DNA of 64,000 nt from Vicugna vicugna (taxonomy: Eukaryota), in contig MU061579.1 in the NCBI GenBank assembly GCA_013265495.1, positions 7,230,124 through 7,294,123 of the forward strand, in the 5' to 3' direction. A model generated the notes under the pieces. The model saw only the letters and a program-made list of their open reading frames with translations, was not told the DNA's origin and made no database searches. This document shows positions 1 to 12,905 of this stretch, one piece after another. Made by a program: the position numbers and the translations under genes. The stretch's first letter is position 1, and every line of letters starts with the position of its first letter.

Positions 1-390
1 ATCAGAAGAAACAGCGGCACACTGAGGTTGAAGGACAGTCTACACAGTAACTGACCAGCACACTATAACGCGTCATGACCATGAAAAACAAGAAGAGACT
101 GAGGGACAAGCACAGATCAGAGGAGATGAAGGAAGCTGACAACTAAATGCAACGGGGAGGGTCCTGGAAAAGAAAAAGGATGTTAGTGGGACATTTGGTG
201 AGATGGGAATAATGTCGTGACTTAATCCATAGTATTACACTGGTGTTAATTTCTTAGTTTTGATCACTGCTCTGTGGTCACATAAGATGTTAACATAAGG
301 GAATGCGGTGTGAAGAGTACACAAGAACTCTTTGTGCTGCTTTTGCAAGTCTTCCAAACATCGAAAATTATCTCCAGATTTAAAAAATAA
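1..390 (+). mobile_element. Old L1ME-like 3' UTR fragment
   Basis: GACAACTAAATGCAA...GTTAATTTCTTAGTTTTGATCA...GAACTCTTTGTGCTGCTTTTGCAA pattern. Confidence 0.65.
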
Positions 391-564
391 TCATCAGGGG
401 GTGGGGGTGGTATTATTCTGGGGGTGAAAATCCAATGAGGAAGGTCAGCCAAATGAGCACTTGACAAGTCAGACTTAAGAAAGCAATCAGGCCCTGTAAT
501 ACTAAGTTCGGTAAACCATCCTGCCACAATTGTACTTTCAGTACCCGAGGCGCCAACAATTGGA

Positions 565-645
565 TCATTCAAGAGCAACTCACTGTGTTTAACGTTTTTA
601 TTTTTAACTCTGCTTTGGTAGTACAAAAGCCGTAAAAGTACAAAC
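565..645 (-). terminator. Distal polyadenylation signal of RELL1
   Basis: AATAAA on the minus strand at 602-597, two upstream TGTA motifs, CA near 585-583 and downstream GTGAGTTGCTCTT. Confidence 0.75.
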
Positions 646-3538
646 CGGACAGTTAAAAATACATCTGACACTCAAAATGGTGAAAAATTCCCTTTACAAA
701 TGTTGACATCAAGGTGGTAGCCAACTCACTTATCACATCAGCAGTTAGTCCAGCATTAGTGTTTTATACAGTTACTTTGTTGTGGTTCCCTGAACCTTCC
801 AAAGTAGGAGGAAAAACACAGAAGGCCTGTAAACATCAGTTGCTTTGGGAACACTCAGGAATCCTTATTAGATAATATGAACCAGTAAAAAGCATATGTG
901 TTGAAAATATTGAATTGCTTAACATTTGGCATATTTGAAGCCACCTGGAAAACCACTGCTCAAGGATTAGAAAATATTTAAAACGTGCTCTTAGTATAAA
1001 TACAATTTTAAATATTTCTGAGTATTTTCTTGCCTGTTGTATTGCTATCAAAAAAAAGTGCTCTGATTTGAATAAAATTAAAAAATAATTAAAGCTAAAG
1101 AATATCTTATACTTTATCCCTCACCATTTGGAGGGCAAAATAATTTTAAAACAAAAAAATGATTTTTAAAAACTAAAATGGTTGGTCTAGACTGCACATA
1201 CATTATTTACACTAATACACACCCCCAAAATTCCTATGTTGCTACTTTCTGGACCTCAGTGAAATTTACTTCCACACTGACTTCTTCGAGTCCATTGTGT
1301 GTATTCACATACACACATACACCTTTTAACTAGTTGTCAGCAAAAATTCATGTGAAATTGAACCAACCATTCATTTAAAAGGTTAGAAATTTTTAGTTTG
1401 ATGCCAAAAAAAAAGAATGAAATGAGTATATTTACAGTAATATAAAGTACATTTTGATGGGAATCATCTTTTGTGAGTCAAATGAGAAATGTGTTTTCTT
1501 TTCGAAATAAAAGAAGTATCCAAGGCACCACACCAACACTGCCATCCATGGAGGCAGGTCTCAGAGATTTCCCTGTGACTGGACGCCCTCACCCCCTGAC
1601 CCAGACCTACCGCAAATGTACTGCTACCTTGCCTCTGGGTCCTTTCAGGTGTTTTGTAAACTGCAAAGTTAAAAAAAAAAACCCAAATACCCAAAAAACC
1701 GGTAGGGTATTCCATGCCTACAGGGGAAAGTAATCCTCAAGAGTCCTTTATAGGGAGCATGAGTTACAAGACAGAGAACAGGAAACTCACCAAGGACAAC
1801 ATACCAGAGGGAGGTGTGGGCCCATCTTGTACCGAAAGTGGAGACTGTCTTGTTTTATCAAAACAAGACTTCTTCTTAGTGACTTTAAACCATTTCCTCC
1901 TTTATTCAATGGCTAAGTAAGATTTGCTTAGGTTGAGTTAAAAAAAAACAACACAAGAACAACCCAAACTCTCAATATTTTATAAGTGACCTAGGAGTGG
2001 CAGGCTGGTAGCAGGTCTGGGCTGAATTCTGGTCTCGGAATCCAAACTCTAGCACCTGGCTCCCTCTGACTCTGTGATCTTCTGGGGGATTCACTGCCCA
2101 GGGCTAGACTGGATCATCTTCAAGAAGCCTTCACCACCAAAGATTCATCTTCTATCTTCTGTAACAGTTAAACTGTGAGAGGATCTTCTGACAACCAGTA
2201 GCCAAATGAGATCTGAGGGTTGGGGAACAGAAACACACACACACAGACACGCATGTACACACGCACACGCACCCTGAGTATTAGCTCAGACTGTACACGA
2301 ATAGTTTCACTGTACACAGTGCTCGTACTGGAAAAACTGGAGTGTGTACACCAAGGCCACCAATGGGAGACTGGGAGGGGGTGATGGCTGGGAAGATAAA
2401 AAAATGAACTCTCTTCCTCCCTGAAAATGTAATCAATTTTTCATCAGACATTTTTTTAAACCAAAACTTGCTTCAAAGCAAACTGAATTCTGTGTCCAGC
2501 ATAGCAACAACATTCCCTTTTAGCTTTCATCCACATGCCTGCAGACTCCACCCTAGAAATTGTATAAAAGATAAAAAAATAATTCCCTAGGCAACTTCAT
2601 ATGTCATAAGTTTTCAGTCTCTTAGAACTCTTCAAGTGAAGTCACTCCTGCAAGAGAAAACAAAAGAGGTAAAGCTTTGTAAAAGGACAACATCGTATCA
2701 CACATTAATCTGCCGGAATATTGAAACACACAGAGGAATTACAAACCATCCTCACCCGTCCCACCCCCTCCACTCCACCCAACTGCATTCCTTCCCCCAT
2801 TCCACATTTCTTCTAGAATTTGGTCTAAGGAAATCTAAGGCCTACAATTTCAAAAGGACCTCTTTATCAAGGTTTTTTAAACAAGAAAGGACAGAACTTG
2901 AGAAGCACCGTAGACTGATGCCCTCAGTCTGTTCTGACAGGAGTCTCTGAGGGGACTGGTGGCCCGCTCCCTGTGAGTCAGGTGCCACTCCCTCCCTGTG
3001 CTTTAACCCTTCAGCCACATCTGTCAGGTAACGAGCGGCAGGTGAACGTGGTCCGCCACAAGGAACCTCAGATGTGCCAGGTGAGCTGTCTTTCCCAAGC
3101 CACACCAAACTGAGATAACTCTGCATCTCCACTGAGTAATCAGGGCAGCGTGGCTGAGACTCACTGGGCAAGTCAGAACACAAGGATAAATGCTCACTCA
3201 GTCTTAGGTCTTCTTTGTAGCTCAGAGGGCTCTGTATTATATGTTTAAGTTCTAACAACCGGTCCACGCCCATGCCTACATTACAAATGAAGCCCCTTGT
3301 AAACTTGTAAAATAATTTTCTACTTTTCAGGTTTTTTTTTTTTAAACTGTTGTCCCATCTAAGCGACAGACAGTTATGAACCCTCTTATCCTTCTGTTTT
3401 GAAGACTGGGATAGCCCAGGACAAGACTAAAATTCTACATCTGCCTGTGTATTCTGAAACATGCATACCATGGAGGCCAACCTACACCAGGTTATAAAAC
3501 ATTCTCTTGTCTGCCAAAATTGTGCTGGCCTAGAAATG
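583..3538 (-). other. RELL1: RELL1 terminal non-coding exon 7 (3' UTR, about 2.95 kb)
   Basis: Strong acceptor TTTCATCTCTATCTTTCTTTAG at 3560-3539; largely repeat-free, AU-rich; ends at a canonical poly(A) signal. Boundaries are inferred without transcript data. Confidence 0.75.
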
Positions 3539-5007
3539 CTAAAGAAAGATAGAGATGAAACCACCTTGCAGAAATACGAAGAAGCAGCAAAAAGTGGGTA
3601 GAGATGTCTTAATTTAAGCATCATTTTTAGTTACTTTACAGCGCATCCTTCAAGGTGTGTAGTCTAGTATTATCCATATTACACTTTTCTGTCACTATCA
3701 TTTACAACATTCACAATGGTTGTGGGGGGGGGGTGCGGTGGAGAGAAAGATGGTTCCTAAACTAATTAGATGGGGTAAAAGGACACTTATCCCCTTAGCT
3801 GAACAGGAAATAAAGCCTTATCCCCTAAAACATCATGAGCCAAGTTATTAATTATAAACGAATAACTAGTGCCCTGCTGCACTGCTACTACCTAACATGG
3901 CTGACTATGGATCTGTGCTGCAAAACTGAACAAAGTCAAGTCTAGGAATACCTTCAGTTGAGAGTCGAATAATGTGGAAGACATTCCACAGGGGGAAAAA
4001 GTAGAAAAGCCAGAGGTACAGAAATAGCAAAACTGCCCTAAAGGAAAAACTGTAAGAAACAAGAGAGAATTTTCCCAGTAAAACTGCAAACTAGGCCATT
4101 ATCTAGAAAATAGGTATTCAACTATTTTTATGTCTCCTCTTTTATTACCTGCTCCCTGAGACTTGGACATTTTTGCATCAAGAGAAGCAAGAAGGTCAAG
4201 AGCAAGGGACTTCACGCCTAGAATATAATGTTTCATCACAGTCAGAGTTTTCTCTCCAACATAGCAGAGCTTCCTGTTTAGAGTTCTTTGCACAGGTTTG
4301 ACCACCTTTAAGGAGTAAGAATGCAAGATCAAGGGCTGGGCTAACGAAGGAGAGGTGTGGAGCCAGTGGCCTGTCTCCAAATCCAAACCCCTATGACTAA
4401 CTGTTGAACTTTGGCCTCTCTGCAGCATCCCTCAAAGGGTTCCTGGGAGTTTTACAGAAGAGGATACATATACAATGCTTAATAAATACAGGGCCACGCC
4501 GTCAGCACCCCCTCAAAGTTAGCTATTATGATCAATGCCATCATCTACACAATCATGTTGGCTTTCTTTGACTACTGCCTTCTGCAGCTGATTAAAACTG
4601 CACTATGCACAGTATCTTGGAAAGAGGATGTGAAAACTACAACTTTCTGCTTAAAGTCCTGACTACTAATACCAGACCCTAAGCAGAAAAAGAAAAGTTG
4701 ACCTTTTTCAAGGCTCTATTGAAAGCTACCCAGCCCTGATTCACAGTTCTGGGCTCCCCCTCTTCACAAACAGAGGCTTAAGGGAGTCCTTGACTGGTAC
4801 AACAGCTATCAATTTCCAGGTAAATACCCATCTTATCGGAGTGATAACCTAGAGGAAAGAAGACACCACGTTCTGTACGGCTTGTAAATGTCCAACTGCA
4901 GCCTTATTTCTGGGACTGTGTCATGTGCACTTGACGTTGCTAAATTTCTTTTCATTTCATTCTATAGATGAGGATCTGCCCATAACGATAAACAAACACA
5001 TACTTTA

Positions 5008-5264
5008 TTTTTTTTCTTTTCATACTCTTTTCCATTATAGGTTACTGTAAGATATTGAATAAAGTTCCCTGTGCTATACAGTATCAACTTGTTGTTTATC
5101 CAGTTTTGTGAGGACTTTCCTTGTATTTCGGATGGAAGAGATACCTGCCAAAGCTCAGTGGGTACTCTGTGCGAATGGTTCCGTATGTGGAGGCAGTTTT
5201 TGATGTATTAGTGGGAGAGAGTGAGCTACGTGTCCTTCTACACCAACATCTTGGCAATCTCCTG
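5008..5264 (-). mobile_element. Internally deleted L1 (5' UTR start fused to 3' UTR end)
   Basis: Perfect 15-bp TSD CAAACACATACTTTA at 4993-5007 and 5265-5279; A-rich tail; 5008-5099 matches other L1 tails in the window; 5100-5264 resembles an L1 5' terminus. Confidence 0.75.
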
Positions 5265-8200
5265 CAAACACATACTTTAAAATAGCACTTTTTTTTACCA
5301 CAGCACATTAATGCTACAAGGTGCCTTCTGCATGGGCACATAGCTGTCAGAACCAGGAGTGGGCTGGCATAAATGCCAGGAAGGACAAGAGGGGCAGACA
5401 ACACTCCACCCACACGCTACTCTCAGCTCCCGTCACCACGGGACCCCACCATATTTAACAAGACTGATCTATCTTTTGTAGGGGGTGGGGTAGGGAATTT
5501 GATGATCACTGTCTTACACAAGCGAGCACTCAAGCTGGCAGAAATAAAGCAAAACTTTCTTCTACTGAAAAGGCAATTCAGAAATCCCAGTGTCACCACT
5601 TGCATGGTAAAACGAGATAGATGGAGAGAAATTAAGAACTTCAGGAAAAATTTATCTGGAAGGAAGACATCAACTTTTTCTTTAGCGTTTATTGCTTACT
5701 ATACAGTTCTAATTATAAAGATAAAACTGTAATTCCACTATTATGTTAAGGTTCCACAGAAGCCACAACACATCTTTGATTAGGACATACATGTGCCTTG
5801 GTAAAAAAGTCTCCCTTAAAAAAAGGATCTGGTCTCTTTAAAAATTAGAACCATGTTTTCAGAAACTAGAAGCCTAAACAGATTAATGGACAGTGAACAC
5901 TAAGAGCTCAAAGGACAGAGGGTTAAGGAAGGAAAAGACTGTCTGATTAATAACAACAGTGGCCGACATTTACAAAGCGCTTTCCACGCACCAGGCACTC
6001 CCATGCCCAGCACCGTGGAGTCCGTAACTCAGTCTTTCCGATGAATCCACAAGCCAACCACAATCCTCCTTTCCACAGGAGGAAACTGAGGTTCAATAGC
6101 TCACCGAAGGCCACACAATTAATAATGGGAAAGCAGCGATCCCACCTCAGGCAGTCACACCTGGAAGCCACACAGTCATCCCCACCATGCACCGCCCCAC
6201 CAGTCACACGAGACACCCCAGGCGCCATGAGATCTTCTTATGCCCTCCCTTCTGTGCTCTTCCCTGAATCATGTCAGTGAGAAGCTCTGCACTCCTTGCA
6301 GCTTTTCTGACATTAGATTTAGCTCTTACTGGCAAGTCTGAAGGTTGCTCTTTACTGTTATCGCTTCACAGCAATTTAAATGTGTTCATATATTTGGCAA
6401 CAGCGGGTTTCCCAAGTGGCAATCGCTAAACACTTGTGATTTACCAGCCCTGGGGATGGTGAGAATCAGAGCACTTTATTCCAAGTAAAATGTAAACGAC
6501 ATTAAAAGTTATTCAAGGGTTCACTTGCGAATTACTTAAATGCAATTCAGCAGTTCCCTACTAGTCTCTATACATCTATCACCCAACACTAAGTTAGAGT
6601 TAGAATAACTTATGACTCTGAATGGTCCCACCTCTAATACGGAAAACAAAACAAGTTAAACGTTGCCTCTCTACTGCCTCGTGAGCCAGAGTTCAGCTAA
6701 CCACCTTTAGTAAGCCTCTACCTGAATATCAAATAAACAAAACTACATCTTATAGGTTATGTCTCTCTAAGCCTCAGGAAAATTAAGTATCAAAAACCAT
6801 TAAATTTTCACACCTTCATTTGCTAAGTGTTTAAATAGGTCTCGCCTGATATAACTGTAATAATAACATCAAGCATTTGTCTACGTAGCACTTACTAAGT
6901 GCCAAGGAACAACATCTCTACCGGGTAGGCGGGATTATCATTATTAAGCCCACTTTATGGATGGAGAAGCTGAGGCATCAAAGGCTAAGGAACTTGCCCA
7001 AGATTACACAGCTGAAAAGGAACAGACCAGGACTGGGGCATGAAGTATCTAATTCCAGAGCCTGCACTGTGCAGTTTCTACAGCATCACACAGAAAACAG
7101 GTGACTTAGAGAAAACAGGCACTATTATTTACTTAGCTATTTAACGTGAGACAATTCAAAGCCTCGAGTTCCAAATTAAGAAAAATTAAAATCCTGATTA
7201 TTACTATTAATTTCCTCTTTTTTCAATGTCTCCAAAAGCATTTCATTTTCTGTCTCCCACGAGCTCCCTCAGGTCTGACTTTACATCCTCCAAAAAGCCT
7301 CCATGAGGCTCCAATGCTGCAGTTTCTGTGCTGAAAGGGGCAGATGTCACAGCCCTCTTTCCTAAGCCTTGTTGGAGTGCGGACAGGGCCACAGGGGAGG
7401 AGAGATAAGCTCTCTGAGGGGGTCAGTGGGTCAACTTCTGGTCAACACTAAGGAGGGGCCCTGGAGTCGACGCTGCCCAGGGAGATATGTGCAGGGAGGA
7501 GGCAGCAACTTCAGTGGCAAATCAAAACAAAACAAAACAAGAACGCTCAGGTCCCCCATGTTGTCTCAATTCTGGGAATACTGACAAATATGTTTCAGTC
7601 TCTTCTAACCACAGAACAAGACTGTGGAAGAATCACTTACAACACTGTAGTTGATGACAGCAAAGTATGTTTTCAAGTCGCTCCAAAATACCCAGATTAT
7701 GTCCATAAATGCTCTGGGGCTATTCCCCGCAACAAAGAACAAACAGGACAAATGACATCTTAAATGTCCAGCATGTTCACTCCTCATGGCCCAATAAACG
7801 TGGGAGAGTAAATTAGTCCATGGAACTTATCAGTCATCAACTTCAATAAACAGCAAGGCACAGATAAGTATCTAAGTTCTCGTCTGTGAAAGGTGAAGGA
7901 GGGGGCAGACACATATATATGTTGTATAAGCACATATATACATAGAATAATCCTGAAAGATACAGAGGACACAGATTGCCACGGTCCCCTCTTGGGAAGG
8001 TGCTGGGAGATGAGATGTGTGTGGTGGGGGAGAAGGGGTGTGGATATGGTGAAGACTCACTTTTTTTTAAAGACCTGTTTCACCCTGCAGCCTTTCATGC
8101 CGTTTGAATATTGCATTGTGTGCATGTCTTATTTTCCAATTTTTAAACAAGGGTTCAAGGTCAAACACTTGTAATATCCAGTACCTCGGAGAGAGTGAAG

Positions 8201-10159
8201 GGATGGAATGAGCGCGAAGCACAAGTCCAGGCTCTGGAATGAACCATCTGCATGACCCTGAACAACAGACATAACGTCCCAGGGCCTCCTCACTCTAGGA
8301 CGAGGAGACCAGGGGGCCTGGGGAGAAAACCTAGTACAAGAATGAGAACAGAAGCTCCACGAAAACATGGTCCTTGTCTGTCCCTTTTCCACACTGCTGT
8401 GTCCCCAAGGCCCGGCACAAAGTGGGGGGCCCATTAAATACTTTTAAAAGCTGTAATTGTACCTGAATTGACCTGATCTAGGCATCACATCCTCGGAGAT
8501 CTCAAAGTCTATGATCCCGGGACTGATCCAGGCACAGCTCTAATATCCAAAAGACAGCATCCAATGGTCCCCATCAGAGACCAGAGGAGGCCATGCCTGG
8601 GGAACATAGAAAATATTGAAATAATCACCGCTGTGAGTCACAGGGCTAAACTAAATGAGGACTTTATTCTTTGCTGGCGTAAACAAAGCTCCCTTGAATT
8701 TCAAAACCACTGAGCATGTCAGCTCTAAAGTACTGATTTCTTCCCATCCAAGCCCTCGCCCCACCTGGCCCAGGGATCTGGGAAAAACTCACCCCCTGAG
8801 CCTGGTTCTTCATCTGTCAAGTGAAGGGAGGATCACCCATAGCGCATCAGGTTTCATTTAAACGTCCATCCCTCGCTCAGCTCTTTCCTCATCTGCCTGG
8901 ATCTACAACCTGTGTTTCGTGCGGCCAGTGAATGATTGAAGACAGCGGTTAACCTCCCTCCAATTCCATATTTAAGATGGACTCAGTGGGACTGGGCTTC
9001 CACATAAGAACAACACAAGCATCAGGCAAAGGACCGCTTTTACTCTTCAGAAATGTGTTTAGCATCTGAAAATCAAGCCAGGTGGTCCTCTCCATGCCTA
9101 TGTGAGGCGCAGTTTCCATTTATAAAGGCCAGTGAACCCAATGAAGGGGTTTCCATCAAATCCGGGATCGTTTGTTCTTCAAAAGAAAAAAAATATGTGT
9201 TTTGCCCTGAAAAAAAATTAGCTATGGAGAAAAAAAAAATAACTCATGGTACTTGAAGTTTCTCACCATCTTCTCCTTCCCTGGAGAATTATCAAAAGAA
9301 GAACCACACGGAGGACCGCAGATAAAGTCCCCATGGGGACCACCAGTGCACTGCCTGTCACCAGAGATAAAAAGCAAAGAGGAGAAAAGCTTGACCTTCC
9401 TCGGGAAATGAAGGCTCCGAAGGTCAGGAAAGCTGACCTTGTGACCGGCCACGGTCCCGAGGCGGGAGGGAGCGTGGCCCATGAAACAGTCTCAGCAGAA
9501 AGGACGCTTTCATCCCAGGGCAGAGCCCCAGCCGAGCAGCAGTGTGGTTACGTGCAGAAATCTCAGTCCACACCACCTCTTAGCATAGCCCCTCCTCTGA
9601 CCTCTACAATGAAAAGAACTTAAGTAGCAAAACTTCCCAATTGCCTTGTTACTAATTCTGGTTCCACCTCCAGTGGGAGGGGCATGGCTATTTCTAAGGC
9701 CCTCTTAACACAAACGAGAAAATGGCCCAAATTCCTAAGGGACTTGCCAAATATCTATTTCTGAGACGTCCAGAGAGTCCAAAGCTCTAATGTTCTTAAG
9801 ATGTAAAATGGGAGTCACAGTATCTAAAACTGATGCTTGAGAAATGGGCTAATAAATAACCAGGACCCCTGTGAATGGGGTGAAAGTTACTGACAATAGT
9901 GAATACTTAGTTAATAGTAACTCTGCCAAGGCCTGATTTCAGAACTACACACACACATTTATGTCACTGACGTCCAACGCCCCCATTTTAAAGACAAAGA
10001 ACTTGTGGCTTGGAGGGGTTAACTTGCCGAAACCATAAGTAGATAGTGATACAGTTAAAATTAAACCTAAGCAGTTTAAAACTCAGCTTGCAGTCACTAC
10101 GCTAAATGACTGAAATAAGAATTAATAGCTTCAATAATAAAACAATTTAAAATAAAGAA

Positions 10160-10380
10160 CAGATACTACTAGATGAAAAACAGATAGACAATGGGTCCTA
10201 CTGCATAGCACAGAGAACTATATTCAATATCTTGTAATAGCCTATAATGAAAAAGAACATGAAAAGGAATATATATCTGTGTATCTGAATCACCATGTGT
10301 GCACCAGAAACTAACACATTGTAAATCAAATACTTCAATTGAAAATTAAAAAAGGAAACTCAAACCTCAAAAAATAAGTG
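10160..10380 (+). mobile_element. L1 3' end (cetartiodactyl type)
   Basis: CTACTGCATAGCACAGAGAACTATATTCAATATCTTGTAATAGCC...TACTTCAAT plus A-rich tail. Confidence 0.8.
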
Positions 10381-12410
10381 AAATAAAGAGACATCTAATA
10401 TAATGAATTTTTGTTTTGATAAAAAATAGTGTTATGTGAACTTTAATACCATAAACTAGGAAAAGTAGACACTTCAGAAACACGCGCTACAGAATGCTTA
10501 CGACAGCATCGTTTTTAAAAAGCGAAAGAACAGTGATAATAAAGACAAGGCAGTGGCATTTGGAGGCTGAAAGCAATTTGATTTATTTAACTTTGAAGAA
10601 CAAAAGCTTATTCTTCTAAGAAGAAATCAAAACACATTTTCTGTGGAAAAAAGAAACCATTTTAACAGCATTGCCAAAATAAATCAGGCAGAGGGCAAGT
10701 TAGATCCAACTACAAAAAAGAACTCAGGCCAAGGAAACGGGGAAAAAAGAATAAAGGGGGGAAGAAATGCCAAACAGCAGATTTTGTTTTTTAAAAAGAG
10801 AAGGCGGGAGAGAGAGAGAGAGATCCTAAGCTTAGTTTGTAGTATCAACTGCTTTTTTTTTTTAAAAAAAAGGAAACCTAACCAGTGAGTAGACATGTAT
10901 TTGCACTTGAACAGCTGAATCAGTTCTACATTAAAAGAAGGCATTCCAGTAAAAAAGCATGGCCAAAAATCCAAATACGACTCTAAAAACTGTATTAGCT
11001 AGTAGAACAAAGACTTAACCCTCCTGTCTCACTGTGTGAGCTACATTCCAGTGCACATTTTCCAATTCAGCCCAGAAGCAGAGACCTGGGTCCAGACAGG
11101 AAAATTTCAGGATTTCTCTAGTTAGAAAATCATATTAAATAGCCCAGACATACTCTGTTTGGGCATGAGAAATATTAAGAACTCAAGCAAGAAAAATTTT
11201 AAGGAATACCTAAATGTTTTTAAGTGTCAGTGAATATGCCCTTCCCTCCTTTCTCAGAGTCCCTTCCCTGCTGGGGTCACCAGACATCATCACTCCACAG
11301 GTCCCAGCCCAGCAGGCTCGCTCACCCCACGGGACCTGCCTTCCCCGGACCCAGCGGAGCGGTGAAGTCTGGGACTTCAGAAGCCAGGCTGCCTGATTTG
11401 GACTCTAAATGCCACCACATTCTTGCTGGAGACTCTACACAAGTAGCTTCAACTCTCTGTGCTTAAACTGGCCCCTACCTGTGAGGACTAAACCCGTCAC
11501 TGAGTGGAATATGCCTTCCAAAGCGTGCCAGGTACAGGGCAGATGCTCAATACACAGCACGTATCACAATTAAACTACTCCGTGGGCATTCATGATACTA
11601 TTCTCTTTCCTTTTGAGTCAGTTTGAAATTTCCCGTAATAAATTTTTTTTCAATTTCAACATTAATTACAATCAAGTTGAAGGCTCAGAAAACACATCCC
11701 CTTTCTAGGGTCACTCGTGTGCTCACTGCTTTGGATGGCATAACACTACTGAGAGCCAAGGACAGGCCAGACACTGGCCTCCCATCAATGAATTTAATAC
11801 ACTATTTCACATTCAAGGAAACCAGGCGCGAGGGCAGTTAAGGACAATTTCCAAGTGGTGAAGCTCGGATGTGTGGCCAGGTCTCCTCATCAAATCCGAT
11901 GCTCTTTTATAAACATTGACTGTGTGCTTTGCAGAGAATATCAAGTTGTAAACGAGCTAGATGTGGCTAGGATTTCAGATGACTGGGTCCAATCCAGATC
12001 CAGACAGAATTTGGACTGAGAAAACTAGTTGAACAACCCCAGTTCTTTTAACCTTCCCAGGTCGTGAGTTTCTCTCTCCGGGCCGCAGCAGCCAAAACCA
12101 GCCAAGGCATATCAGCCAGGCTGTGATTGGGCTGAGCCTGACAGAGGGTCACCTCGCGCTCCCCGTCTGAGGGCCAGCCTTGTCTTCTCCCACACGGCCT
12201 GCTCCATCTCTCAGCACGCTGCCAGGCTGACGCCTCACGCACAACCCACGCTTTCCCCGCAGTGAAACTGGTTGAGCCTTCTCACCTTAGACTCGAATAG
12301 CCAGATACTTCTCTTCCCAGACCAGCAAGTCCTCACGACTTCAATCAGAATATTTCTCTCATTGACCGAAGTCACCCCGGATTCCAACGCTAACATCAAA
12401 GGTACCGTCT

Positions 12411-12605
12411 ATTCTGTTCAATAAAACTTTCCATGATGACGGAAATGTTCTGTATCTGCGCTGCCCAATATGGCAGACGCTAGTCATCGGTGGCAAATGA
12501 ACACTTGAACGTGACTAGTGCAACTGCAGAACTAAACTTTTCACTTTAGTTCATTTAAATTTAAGCAGCCAGAAGTGACTAGAGGCTACAGTAGACCATG
12601 AGGTT
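12411..12605 (+). mobile_element. MER3 (hAT-Charlie MITE)
   Basis: CAATAAAACTTTCCATGATGACGGAAATGTTCTGTATCTGCGCTGCCCAATATGG. Confidence 0.8.
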
Positions 12606-12689
12606 CTAGACCATTGGAGGAAATGTTCCCCACTCATGGGTCTAGAGCTGCACCTTCATGAGCATCCCAGGATGGCAGAGACTGCAGAT

Positions 12690-12905
12690 AGTTCTGTAGT
12701 CAGAGGCTGTAAGTTCAGATCAGCTCCTCTTTCCAGTTACGTGACCCTGAACATGTAACTTACCCTCCCCATGCATTGGTTTCCTCATCTATAAAGCTGG
12801 GATAATGGTATTCACCCCATTAGGAGATGTTTATAATGGTGACATGTGAGACATACGTCAGTACAACGCCCAGAAGACTAGAATACTGAATCGACATTAG
12901 TTGCT
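12690..12905 (+). mobile_element. MIR SINE
   Basis: Core GTGACCCTGAACATGTAACTT...GTTTCCTCATCTATAAAGCTGGGATAAT. Confidence 0.75.
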
